From NCBI RefSeq assembly GCF_006345805.1, contig NC_043005.1:56916001-56980000 (forward strand): a stretch of 64,000 nt of DNA, written 5' to 3'. Within the stretch, counting starts at the first letter, position 1, and each line of letters starts with the position of its first letter. Of the stretch, positions 38,890 to 52,270 are shown piece after piece. The notes beneath the pieces were generated by a model, which saw only the letters and a program-made list of their open reading frames with translations, was not told the origin of the DNA and searched no databases. The translations under genes and the position numbers were made by a program. This DNA is from Octopus sinensis (taxonomy: Eukaryota).

Positions 38890-41230
38890 TCTCTAATCTC
38901 ATTAGATGTCTTCCCTTGTCTCCTCCTACATGTTCCTTCTGTTCTTCTTTATTCAGCTGTCATCTATTTGCATCACATGTCCTTACCAACAAAGTCTTCT
39001 TTCTTGTCCACTACATCTGATTTCTCTTATTCATCTAATTTTTCTCTCCATTCATTTGTGCTTTATTGTTTATGCACACTGTCATTACACATCCAGCAGA
39101 GCATACTTTATTTCTCTCTGGTCTTTACAGATCCTCTGCATACATTCTCCATGTTTCACTGTCATACAACATTGTAATTCATACACAAGCATCATACAAA
39201 CTGTCTTTTTCTGAGAGAGAAACCGTTTGTTATGAACAAAGATAATAGATCTTTTTCTAGCCAGCTCTTACTCTGGCTACTATACTTTTGGAACATCTAA
39301 CTTCATTGCAAATTATGTTGCCTTGGTAACAGACTATTTTCAGGGAGCCTTTTTTGTGTTTGAGAGATTCTATTTCTCATGTGCTCTTACTGTTTATTAC
39401 TTCCAAGTAACTATCACATAAAAAGTTTGCTTTCTTGGTTAACCAGTTTGTGATTCCATTGCAACTATTGTGCATCTATTTTTATATATTTGGTGTACTG
39501 TATGGAATTTTTACCTGCTTCTTTTCTGTATATAAGCCATATCTCTAGATGATAGCCAAGTCCTATCCTATTTATCGATTTTTATTTCCAGCCACAAGGG
39601 CCAAACATAGAGGGGACAGCTCACTACAGACAGACAAAGACATAAAATGAATGAGTTTACTTTAAAGCCTTTTGATTTTAGGTTTTGTTAATATGCCTGG
39701 AATGTCTTCTATAGATTTAGCTATAAGAACTAGATCATCAGCATATGGATGTTTCCACTGACAACCTGTCTTAACTCCTTTCTTATAGCTTGGAGGTGTG
39801 GTCAAGTATGAGGCATCTGCTGTTGCAGCATATTGTTGCAGCCACCATTTGTTGGCACCTGCTTCAATCCTTCAAGCAGTGTCCCTGTCAGTTTCCATTA
39901 CTCTGAAATACTTCCTGTCCATTGTGACCATGAGGCATGTGGCCAACTAACTTGCTGTCACCCTAGCTAGATCCTCAAAGAGGAAAACAGTACACAAGAT
40001 CCAACTTGGAAAATCAAGCAATATGACCAAACCTTCTAAGCTGATGCCCCTGAATCATACAAGTAACAGAACACATCCCAGTTTTTGAATATAGTTGTTG
40101 GTTGGATACAAAATCTGACCAATGGTAGCCCATAATCCTGAAAAGTGTCCTGGTACTGAAGGAGTTCAGGTACCCTTTAGGGCTTCAGACAGTGTCCAAG
40201 TCTTCCAACTGTAGATCAAGGCAAGGAGGACTGGGGACCTGAAAACCTGAACCTTTGTCCTCCTGCTCAGATGTCGGCAGTGCCAAACACCCTTGTCCAG
40301 TGAGTCCACAATTGTACCAGCATGTCCAAATAATTTTCAGATTTCAAATTTACAGCTAATGCTGTTATGGATTACGCTGCCAAGATAAGTGAAGTAGTCA
40401 GCAACTTTGACATTCTTACCCACAAGAGAGACAGACAAGATAAAGGCTCCCAGGAAGCCAACAAAAAACTGGATCTTTGCTTTGACCCAGGGAACTGAAA
40501 ACTGAGCCCTGGTGGACTCCTACTTGCACACTTGATTCGTTGCTATACTCATTACCAATTCTCACTTTACTGACTGCACCTCTGTACATGGCATACATGT
40601 CCTTCATAAATCATTCATCTACATCTAGCTTCTTCAGCAACCTCTAGATCACAGAGTAGTTAAACCTTATTGAGTGCCTTCACTAGGTCTACAAATGCTA
40701 GGTACATTGGCTTACACTAGGTGAAATACTTCTCCAGCTATCTGATGAAGATGACATCAGCAGCATGTTTTTGTCTTTGTGCCACAATTGCCTTATCCTT
40801 TCCAACACTGGACCCAACCACCACACTTTTCACATTAGGGAATCTTTCCGACACACATCTAGCAACCTCATATATGTGCTGTAATGTTTCTTCTGCAATT
40901 TGCTCTACATCAGGCAAACGGTCTGCAGAACTGTCTGACAGGATTATTGAGCACTCAAGGGACATCTGTCTTGGCTGCAAGTAGCCTGTGTTTTGATATT
41001 TCTACTCTGCTAACCATTCTACTCAATACATCGCAATCTTTAGTTTGATCTCCAACCTCATTTGTCCCACCATGTGCCTTCAGAGAGAAGAGGAACCACT
41101 CTTCTTTTGTCAGTGGTATACGTTATTTGGTTTAAATGCACCACCCCAGTTTTTCTAACTTGCACTTTCACACCTTGTCCAGATCTATGCACTTGTTCTT
41201 CTCCAGAGCCCCACTCAGGCATTTCCTAAT
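38890..41230 (-). mobile_element. Decayed RTE LINE, interrupted by a ~0.7-kb unrelated segment
   Basis: Minus strand gives MYLAFVDL, VSKVRIGNEYS..VQVGVHQGSV (ORF 40416-40607) and, after the gap, KTGC.W..YADDLVLIA at ~39720-39790. Confidence 0.75.
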
Positions 41231-41508
41231 GTACATGCTTCTACTCATTTATCATTTTGTTCTTTTATTACATATGCACCCGGCATGATGACACGATAGA
41301 CACACACTTACACAACTCTTTGCATACACACACATAACACCCACCTACTTTACACATACATTCCTCAAACCCCTCCCATCTGCTGCCACTCATAGACGCA
41401 CCTTCCACTCTTTACTTTTCTATGCATATTATACACATACACACACTGTGGTAGGCATTGTCTGGTGCTTTGTCTTTCACCTTTACAATATGTTGTGTGT
41501 GTGTGTGA

Positions 41509-41565
<57 letters not shown>

Positions 41566-41761
41566 GTGTGTGTGTATATATAGGTATGTGTATATGTATG
41601 TAGGCACAGGCATGACTGGTAAGAAGTTTGCTTCCCAGCCACATGAATCCTGGTTCAGCGTCACTGCATGACACCTTTGGCAAGTGTCCTTTACTACAAC
41701 CTTGGGCTGACCAAAGTTTTGTGACTGGCTTTGGTAGACAAAAACTGAAAGATGCCCTTTA

Positions 41762-41810
<49 letters not shown>

Positions 41811-43343
41811 GACAACTATATTAAAAAAAAAACAATTGCTTCAACTTGGAAACTTCCTTCTATAACACCTGGGTCAATTGATATTTAAGATTTTTTAATA
41901 TAGTTATTTTAAATTTAAGAAAATCTTTCTTCAAATATTCTGCCTGTATCAATTCTTTTCTAAAAACACACACACATATTTATCTTTATATGTGTGTGCA
42001 TATATATTTATGTGTGTATATACATATGTTTATATATCAGTATGTGTGTGTGTGTGTGTGTGTTATCATCATCATTTAACATCTCTTTTTTTCTATGCTG
42101 GCATGGGTTTAATGGTTCAATATGAATTGATGAGCCAGGGAGCTGTGACAAGTCTCAGTGTTTTCCTTGGCATGGTTTCTACAGCTGGATGCCTTTCCTA
42201 ATGTCAACCACTTCACCAGCACTGCTGAGGTCTCCAAGTTCTTGCAAGACTACATCCCTTCATTGAGTGGGGTTTAGTATGGGGGGATATGAAACTATGA
42301 TAGAGGGACAGAAGCAAGTCTCTTAACTAAAGAGATGAATACATGGTTTCCTTGTCTGGAAAAGAGTGAGTGAGATATGTGAGGTCAAGGAACGAGGTGA
42401 AAATATGAGAGAGAAATATGATAGAAGAAAGGTCGTTGGGTAGATAAGTGCACTAAAGTGAAAATGTGACATGATTAGAGATGGGGGTAGAGTTGGGTAC
42501 AGTGAATATCAGTTCGGGAAGGGAAAGTAAAGTGTTTAAATATCAGTATAAATGTATATAACTGTTTATGTATCATTCATAATGTAAATACATCATTGAA
42601 TGGCAGATTTACTGTGGTGTTTGTTCAGAGATAACATTTACTGTGGATATGCTGTGTCCAGAAACCCTATACCGTTTATCTTTTACTTGTTTCAGTCATC
42701 AGACTGTGGCCATGCTGGGGCACCGATTTGAAGAGTCTTTTTAGCTAAACAAATTGACCCCAGGACTTATATTTCAAGCTTAGTACTTATAGTATCAGTC
42801 TCTTTTGTCAAACCATTAAGTTATGGAGACGTAAACACACTGACACTGGTTGTCAAACGGTAGTGAGGGGACAAACATACAAAGAAACACACACACACAT
42901 AGACATACATACATACATACAATCAAATATGATGGGCTTTATTCATTTTCTGCTATCAAATCCACTCACAAGACTTTGGTCCACCTGAGACTATAGCAGA
43001 AGACATTTGCCCAAGGTGCCACACAGTGGGACTGAATCCAGAACCATGGGATTAGGAAACAAGCTTCTTACCACACAGCCTGTGGCTATATATATTAGAG
43101 AAAGATGAAAATCATCCCAGCAGTAGATAGTGAGAATGCCAGATGAAGTTTGGCCTCATTGGACTTTGTCAGTATTGTATTCACAGCCAGCCACATGCTT
43201 AGATGAGGTTTCTTGCCTCCCATATGTTGTAATGGACTGAAGAAAATATTCACTTATATTGCAAATAGCCACCTGGTCAAACAAATTCCTGTTATATGCA
43301 GTAGAGGCAGTGTTAAGTTAAAATAGCCACCTGTGTATGATAC

Positions 43344-45044
43344 TGTTGTGTGGAAGTAGAACACCCCTATGGGTTGGCTCCTAATGGACTATGCCACAAT
43401 ATAAATGGACATACGTAGAGAGCCTTCAGAACAGTGTAAAGCCGAGAGTTGCGTATTGTTGAGGGTTATTACCAGTAGCTTGAGTAGAATGATTTGTGAG
43501 GACATTATTATTATCCTGTTATATCGTATGTCAAACATGCGATAAAACAGTGGCGATGAGGTTTCAAATAGTTCCGAAATGGAAGAGTTACTGAAAGCAG
43601 TCGTAAAACAACAAGAGCAGCAACTACAGAAGTTAACAGAGTTGTTGTTGAAGTTGAGAAATACGACAGAATCATTTTCAGCAGATGAAGGAACTACCTT
43701 TACCGTGTATTACAGACATTACGAAAACATATTCAGAGAGGGATGCAAGGGATGGTCTTGTGAAAGGAAGGTAAGGCTCCTTTTGTGAAAACTTGCCCCT
43801 CCGGAACACGAAAGTTTCTGTAATTTTATTTTGCTGAGAAAGCCTGCTGAATTGTTTTGAGGAAATGATAAATATTTTGACTAATATTTTTATCAAAAAC
43901 AGTTTGCTGTTTAACATTTGGTGGGAATGTTTAAATTTAAAGAAAAATGAGCCCGATGACTTTGTAACACATACCGGTATTGTTAATAAGGCTTGTGAAA
44001 GGTTTAAGCTGGAAGAATTAATGTCACAAATGTGACTATTGACTTTTTGGAAGAAACGTTTGCTCGTTATGGGGTGCCAGATACAATCATGTCAGATAAT
44101 GCTACACAATTTACGGTGAAGGAGTTTGAAAGATTCTGTAAGTCAGTCCAGATGAAGCATGTTTTAACTCTGGCATAACTTCCAAGGTCAAATTGGTTAG
44201 CGGAAAGATTTGTTGACACATTCAAGAGAGCCTTAAGAAAGACCAGACGGGAACCTTTGAAGATAGAAGTATGGTAAAGTTCTTACAGGTGTACAGAATA
44301 ACACCGAATCCAAATGCAGTCGGATTGGTCACCTGCAGATTTGATGTTCTCCAGAAAAATTCATTCTGTGTTCGACAAATTGTTGCCAAGTAGGAATTGG
44401 AAAATGCAGAATTCGGGAAGTAGAATGAAATTTTTTTAATGCAGGTGACGAAATGTATTTTAAAATATATTAAAATGGAAAACAGGACTGGGAACAAGGT
44501 AATATAGCTGGACGTCTGGGTAATGTGATGTACATGGTAAAAAGGACCAAAATATGAACATAAAAGGCATTTTAACCAATTAAAGAAAAGATATACCAAA
44601 AATCAAGAAAGGTGAGAGGAGCCAATGGATTTATGGTATGACATGTATGAGGTCCCAGAATCACATGTGAAAGCAGAACTGACATGTAGGTCGAGCAGGA
44701 AAAGGAAACCTACAGAAATGATGGAAATTAACGCCAAGAGAAAGAGATATGCCAGTTTCTCACCAAGGAAATAAAATTGATAAAAATAAAAGAATAAATA
44801 AAAAAAAAAAAATGACAGCCAATCTCAAAAGAGGGAGGTGTTGTGTGGAAGTAGAACACCCCTATGAGTTGGCTCCAAATGGACTGTGCTACAATATAAA
44901 TGGATATATGCAGAGAGCCTTCAGAGCAGTGTAAAGCCGAGAGTTGCGTATTGTCGAGGGTTATTACCAGTATCTTGAGTAGAATGATTTGCAAGGACAT
45001 TATTATTATCCTGTTATATTGTACATCGAATGTGCGATACAACA
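43344..45044 (+). mobile_element. Internally deleted Ty3/Gypsy (Mag-like) LTR retrotransposon
   Basis: 206-bp LTRs (TG...CA) at 43344-43549 and 44839-45044. PBS tggcgatgagg at 43551, PPT aaaagagggagg at 44827-44838, flanks gatac/tatac. Gag remnant (KVRLLL*KL...CLNLKK...CERFKL) is joined directly to integrase (FARYGVPDTIMSDNATQF...PRSNWLAERFVDTFK). Confidence 0.95.
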
Positions 45045-45519
45045 TATACTTATTGTAAACACATTATTGAGAGAAGCATATTTACTGTAGTATTCATCCA
45101 AGGATAAGATCCATAGAAGATGCATTGAAATGCATCTGGTATTCTTAGCAGCTGTTGCTGGGACAATTTTGGTCTTCCTGCTATGTAAATTGTGTTTATA
45201 AATATGTTTTTTTTGTGTGTTTTATGTGTATGTGTTTTGTATATGCATGTATAAATCCTTATTTTCAGTGTGTGTGTGTATATACACACAGGCATGCATG
45301 CATATGCATATACACGTGTACACACACACACATCATCATTTAACATCCATGTTCCATGTTACCATGAGCTGGACAATTTGATTGGACCCAACGTTCTCCA
45401 GTGTTTGCTTTGGTGTGTTTTCTATAACTGGATGCCCTTCCTGATGTCAGCCACTTTAAGATTGGCTGTCATGGGAACAGCTAGTCTTAAACATTTCTGT
45501 GATGACTTGTAGGACAATA

Positions 45520-46610
45520 ATGAATAGGAGAGGACTGAGCCTTGATGGACTCTTGCCTTTTATACTAAATTCATCATGGAAATTATTGCTGACTCTCACT
45601 TTACTTACTGCATCTTTGAATTTAGCTTATACAACCCTCAGAAGCCATTCATCTACTCTGAGTTTCTTCAGTGATGACCAAATTACTGAGCATTCTACGT
45701 TGTCAGTTGCTTTCTCCAAATCAACAACACCCATGAATAATGGTTCATTCCCAGCTTTGTATTTCTCTGTCAGTTGCCTTGCTAGGAAGATTGCCTCTGT
45801 GATGGCTTTTCTGGTAACAGAACCAAACAGTATCTCTGTCATGGATCAATCGGGTTATAATTCTCTCAATGAGCTTAATAACTGGGTCTAGTAGTTTGGT
45901 TCCTCTTGTTGCTTCTCTATACAGCATCTCCTTTGCCTTGTAGCTGTAAACAATGATACTGCTATGCCAGTCATTTGGTATGATACCTTCCTGTATGACT
46001 TGATTAACTATCTGGGTTGTAATCTCTTATCCTATCTCAATAAATATGTTAAGCATTTTTGCAGTTATCCCTGATGGATCCATGACTTTCTCTCTCTTTA
46101 TATTCTTGGTTTCCTTATCTACCACACTGCTGTCAACTTCTATTCCTGCTCTCTCTGTTAAGTCAGCAAAGGTAGACCCTGTTTATCCCAAGCATTCTCC
46201 ACATTTAGCAGCCTTTCATAATAGCACTTATATGCCAGTTACTTTTGTTCCATATCAATGGCACCTTTGTCTTTATATCATTCCAAACTCACCAATAATA
46301 TCTTGGTTCTCACTCACACATCTCACAATCCCGAACACTTCACAGCTCTGATCCTCATATTACAGGACATGCAAATCTCTTCTGCCCTTGTTGCTTTGAT
46401 ACCCTTTTAGTTATTAGGTAATGCTTCCTATTATCACCTTTCAGGCTTTTCAAGCCTATCTCTTAACCTTAATTATTCTATCAGTCTTATACTTCCAACA
46501 CCACATTACTTTTGGCTTGGCTCGGACTTTGCTCTAGCCACATGTCTGATCAGTAGCCCTAAACAAGTTATTTTGTAGAAATTCCCAGTTGTTATCTATG
46601 CTACAGGTTT
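45520..46610 (-). mobile_element. Decayed RTE LINE fragment
   Basis: Minus strand gives IIPNDWHSSIIVYSYKAKE, AIFLARQLTEKY..GVVDLEKA and WSSLKKLRVDEWL. Confidence 0.85.
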
Positions 46611-48470
46611 CTAACTATTCTTCCCTATAGCCATATGCATCACTAAGAATTTCTGTACAGTCACACCTTTCTCTTTCTTTCTCCTTCCTTCCATTCTTCC
46701 CTCTCTCTCTATATATATATATAACAAGAGGTAAAAGGGATTAATAAATCCAGGCAGATTATAGAAAGCACTCTGTATTAAGCGAACTTGGTTAACTTTA
46801 TCAAACAATCAAATACCTATAAATTCAAATAAAATTAACATCCAAGATAATTCTTTGTGTATGACAAATCCAAATCACTCAGAAGAATTTCAAGAAATCA
46901 AGAGTATATAACAATATGAACAAAAATGGAGAAAATCACATCTCTTATTGACAATTATTTCTATTGTGTCAGCATATTTTAGATATAGACAAAATGTCCA
47001 ATATATCTGAAAAAACCTAAAAACAGGTTAAATTCAAAGTGAACTGAAATAATATGCATAATACATGAAAGCGTACAAAAAGAGTGTTAAGAAGAAATAT
47101 AAGAAAAGCCAGTTTTAGTATTTAACCCTTTCGTTACCAACCCAGCTGAAACCGGCTCTGGCTCTGAGTACAAATATCTTGTTTTCATAAGTTTTGAATT
47201 AAAATCTTCCACCAAACCTCAGTCACAATTTATTTTCCTAACACTAGCTGAATGATAACTAAGTTATTTTACTAAATTCTTTGTTATATTTAAACTTATG
47301 ATGTCTGTAGACAATGAAAGAATAAAAAGTAAACATAGAAATTCCATGCCATGACAGTTATCTAGCTATTTTATAAATACTAAAAAAAATGTAGAAAAAT
47401 TATGTTCATTAGATTATAGGGAAAGCAATCTTAAATTTTGTCCTTATTCCCAGTTTCAGCTAATTCATGGTTATAGAATTTTATTTTGTGCAAATACATT
47501 CTCATTAACAGAAAGCCTCAAAATATGTGTTGATATATTTTTTAAGATAGAATATATAATGCCTCTAGGATGATTAGAATTTTTGTTCACATATTTTAAG
47601 CATTCATTCAGTTTATGATATGGTTAGTAAAGCCCTGTACTTAAATCTAGAGTGGCATCAAGGAAGTTAATCTTACTATATTAATCTGCTGTGGAAATAG
47701 ACAGACCGAGGCACTTAAGGAATTTAAAAAGCTTTTTCCACAACCTTTTAACATTAATCTTGCTAAACCTATGGATTGAGAAAGAGCATTGTCCCTATAT
47801 AATCCACTACCACCTGCCAATTCAGAAACATTAAATCCAGAGTGACATCAAGGAAGTTAACCTGTGCATTTATACATATATATACACACAGAGTACAAAC
47901 AACAAAGAAATTTAAAGGCGGGGAAGTAAAGTGTTATAAGTCCAACAGCTATTTCTGGGGCTTGGAGATCCATCATAATGTTGGTAGATGTAGTTCATCA
48001 CAATATGCAGGCTGTAATGGAAGCAATCAACATTGGATAAATCGAGCTTCCTTCATCAGGGAAGAAAAGATCTTACATTTCAGATCATGATGCAGAGAAG
48101 TTTATAAATATATATGTACATATATAAACTTCTCTATGTATATGTATACACACACACACACATGCATGCATGTATGTATGTATATGTGTGAAGTATATAT
48201 ATATATATATATATACAACCCATGCTAACATGGAAAGCGGACGTTAAACGATGATGATGACGACATACATATACATATGATATTTTGCTTAGGTTGAGGA
48301 GGTCTTGTTTAATGAGTTACTTGGTGACATCAATGGGAAATCCAGCAGTAGAAACCATGCCAAAGCAGACACCGGGGCTCCATGCAATACTGTAACCTTG
48401 TTAGAAGCTGTCAGACCATCTAACCCATGCCAGAATGGAAGGTGGACATTAAATATGTATATATGTGTGT

Positions 48471-48503
<33 letters not shown>

Positions 48504-48699
48504 CATACACACACACACACACACATAAATAAATGCATATTTTACATGTTGTTTCTCTGCCATTCTTTTAGTCTTTCCCAGTTGCTCATCTATTTCACTG
48601 AGTTAATCTTTGTGCAGTGGCATTGGAATTCCTTGTATTCTGCTGTTAGACATTTTGTGGCAACCACAGTTGGGAGCAATAATCTATGCAAATAAGAAC

Positions 48700-51200
48700 A
48701 AATGTTCTTGATGATAGCACAATATTTTTCTTTGTCCTGAATGATCTCAGAATCCAATACCCACTTGCTTGCACAGTGCTGCCATCTTAGTAATATGCAC
48801 ATGGTATGTTGTATCATTACTCATGTTGATTCCCCGGTCATGCACTGACTCTGACTTTGGGCTTGCACTACCCCATGGTCCTGTGTATTTGTTTGTGGGC
48901 CAGTAGTAGGGTGCTTGAAACTTCTCAACATCGAACTGCATTTTACTTTCATCAGTCTACTTATATATTGCATCCAGGTCTTTCTGCAGTGTTAGAGTGT
49001 TAGCCTTGACTGCCCACAATACTTTTGTATCATCAGCATCAGATAGTCAAGAGTGGTTGACTGCATGACTAATGACATGTCCAAGAGAGCTGTCACAAAC
49101 TAGTAATCTTGGCACATTTCTCTGAGGGACTCCTGAGAATTCATGTCTCCTCAGAGAGAGCACTGTTGGCTATGACTGTTTGACTTAGCTTTAGGAAGTC
49201 ATGTTGCCACTCCCTTAGTGTCCCAGTGATATCAAGGTCACTTAATTTGTGACATATCATTGTTGAAGGCCTTGGAAAAGTCAAGATATATCACATCTAC
49301 ATCTGAGTTGTTTCAATACCCAGTCAAAATATTTCTGTCTAAGGAGGAGCCATCTCACACAGCTACTACAGTTATGTAGCATGTTTGTGAGCAGATTATT
49401 TTCTTCTAGGTATGTGATCAGCCTCTTCTGACAATGTGTTCCATGACTTGACTAGTAGTTTGGCAAGTTTGCTTTCTTGCATACCTGCCAGAAATCTACC
49501 TGGGCCTTTTGCTGAGTTTGGGTTCATCTTGTTAGTATTACATATCAATATTACATCGTCTTTAATGTAGTGAGCTGGCAGAATTGTTAGCATGCCAACC
49601 AAAGTGCTTAGTGGCATTTCATCCGTCTTTATGGTCTGAGTTCAAATTCCACCATGGTCAACTTGGCCTTTCATCAGTTGAGTACTGGGGTCAATGGAAG
49701 CAAATTGCCCTCTCCCCTGGAATTGCTGGCCTTGTGCCAAAATTTGAAATGAAATCAATATTACATCCTCTTCCTTTATGTTGATGTAATCAATTGTTCT
49801 CTCTTTCTTGTGTGGAGCTGCTTATTTTTCATATTTCCCAGTGGAGAATTGAAAACACTTTGGAATTTTTTATTTAGTATTTCACTTATCCACACAAGAT
49901 CTGTAGTCAGTGAGCTATTTTCTTCAAACAGTGGTCCTACTTTGTAGAGCACTGAGGCAGACACTTTTACAAACTTGAAGGTTTTAGGATTCATTTTAAT
50001 ATTTTCAACCTCCTTGATTTCTTTTTTTCCTCTCATTTTCAAGTGAGGGTTGGCATTTAATTTTGATGTGTTAAAGTACCTCTTTGGTTTGGGATTTCTT
50101 GCTGTTATTTATTTAAGCAATCTGAGATCTTTATTCTCCATCTCATAAAGGCTTTCTTGTCTCAGGGAATAATGTTTTTGTGTGTAATAACTCTCTTCTC
50201 TGGGACAAATTTAATCCATATGGCATGCCTTATTGACATACATTCTTTGAGTTTCATGTCAGTGTTTTGCATAGAGAAACTTTTAAGCCAATTTTGCTTG
50301 AGTATCTGTTTTTCAATTGAGTTCTAGTCAGCCTTGTAGAAGTTCAGACTGGATGATAGGGTTTGGGTGCTGTCTGTGTGGAATACATCTTTAATTAGTT
50401 TTGGACCAGGCATTGTTAGTTCTAATATGTTATGGTCTGAGAACATTGTGGATAAGTTCCACATTGTTGGTGAAGCAGAGATCTAAGATGTTATCATTCC
50501 TGGTTGGGAAAAGTATGGTTTTCACCATGGACATCACTTTTGTGTCATCAAGCAGAGATTCTGCTTGACTGCAATCTTTGCATGTCATTCTTGAGATTGT
50601 TTTTCCTTTGGGCCATCTGATGTTGGAGAAGTTGAAGTCACCCATCGAAAATATATTAATGCATTGATCTAGTTTTGTTAGTACTTTTATTATCTAAAGA
50701 CTTTCCTCAAATGTACTGTCAAGATTTGAGGCATCAGGTGGATGATATAATGCGTATATTACCTCATCATTTCTTTTAATACCCTCTGTGTTACAAACTG
50801 AGCTTGAATTCGACAACAGGTTTAAGGGTGTAACATGGATGTACATCACAACTTTACCATGACTTCTTTCTCTTCTGTCTGCATGGAACACAGCATACAT
50901 TGGTATGTGTATATTTATATCACTTATGTCAGCAGATAGATGCTTCTATATATAAGTGCAATGCACATGCCTTGATTGCATGCAAGATTGCATGCATTCC
51001 TCAGGTATGCAGTTTTGCTTTTACGGTTGAACTGCAACAGGCCTCTGATGTTTGATGGTAGGATTGGTAAGATGTTTTGGCATGGTGGCAGTGGTATGGC
51101 CCTCCTAGGTCTCCTATTTGCGGTGGGCTTCTGTGAAGATGTGCATAGCTTAGTTTCATCTGTAATCATGAAAGGACAATTGCTGCATTATCTCCTGTGT
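48700..51200 (-). mobile_element. Decayed CR1-group LINE (APE endonuclease plus RT)
   Basis: DRRERSHGKV, YHPPD, MGDFNFSNIRW and PTRNDNILDLCFTN (endonuclease); NIKMNPKTF; VDVIYLDFSKAF, SGVPQ, ADDTKV and QFDVEKFQ (RT). Confidence 0.85.
49558..49753 (+). mobile_element. Family C SINE nested in the CR1 LINE
   Basis: 14-bp TSD atcaatattacatc at 49544-49557 and 49754-49767; B-box-like gagttcaaattcc. Confidence 0.85.
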
Positions 51201-51994
51201 CATACCTGAGAAATTTTGTTGTTCTACTGCTGTAACTTGAACAGCATTATATGCAGCTTTTTGGGGGTCTTCCCGACTGCTGGTGTACTGTGGGTTATGG
51301 CCTTCTTAGGGTGTGTTTTGGCTCCATTTTTTGACTGAGTAGGGAGCAGTTAATACCTTTTGTTTCACTTTGCCTGAGCTTTTGATATGCAAAGTACCTG
51401 TTTGTCACCATACAAGTAGATACTATTTAGGGAAAATTTGCAAATGATTTGCATGTCTTGTACTGTATTTCTGTTTCTTTTGTTTTTGTTTTTTAGTATT
51501 TTATACTTTTAATCCAGTTTCATTAGTCTTTGGCTAGTTCCTTTTTCTTTATTACTACTTTGAGAGGTAGTGTTAGGGTTGCTTTTCTTGAGAGCTGTTG
51601 CTTCCACTTCAGTTCTTACACCTCTGTGGTTATTATCATTAATAGTTACAGAGCTGGTTGCATTGTTGTTGCCTTCTCTGTTAGATTTTTCACTTGAAGC
51701 TCAAACATTAATACTGCTCTGTGTTGGGCTTCTTTCTTGGAGCTTCAGCATTTTAAGAAGTATGCCTAAGTATGGCCTGACATATGTATTAGAATGGATA
51801 AATTCACTCTTCTTTTTCGTATTTGCATTGGGACTTGGTAAATCTGTTGCTGTTCAGGGCTGCTTTAATTAGGTTGTTGGGTGAATTGTTTTCTGCAATA
51901 GAAGGAACAATTGTAGACCCAGATTCTTAAAGCTTTTTGACATCTTGATGGCATTAACTTTTTTTTTTCTTTGGGAAATTTATCTGTGTAAGAG

Positions 51995-52102
51995 GTGTGT
52001 GTACGTATGTGTGAATGTGAGTGCATGTGCCTAGATGTGTGTGTGTATATAAGCTTATCTGTATAAATATGAGTATATATATATACATGTATGTGATGTT
52101 TG

Positions 52103-52147
<45 letters not shown>

Positions 52148-52211
52148 GTATGTATTTTATACACATATGTATGTATTTGTATGTGTGTGTGTGTGTGTGT
52201 GTATATATGTA

Positions 52212-52270
<59 letters not shown>
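51995..52270. repeat. Compound (TA)n/(TG)n/(CA)n microsatellite; one of many in the window
   Basis: Seen directly. Similar tracts at ~998, 3868, 4115, 7790, 37497, 41500, 54083, 56854, 63353 and 63517. Confidence 0.95.
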
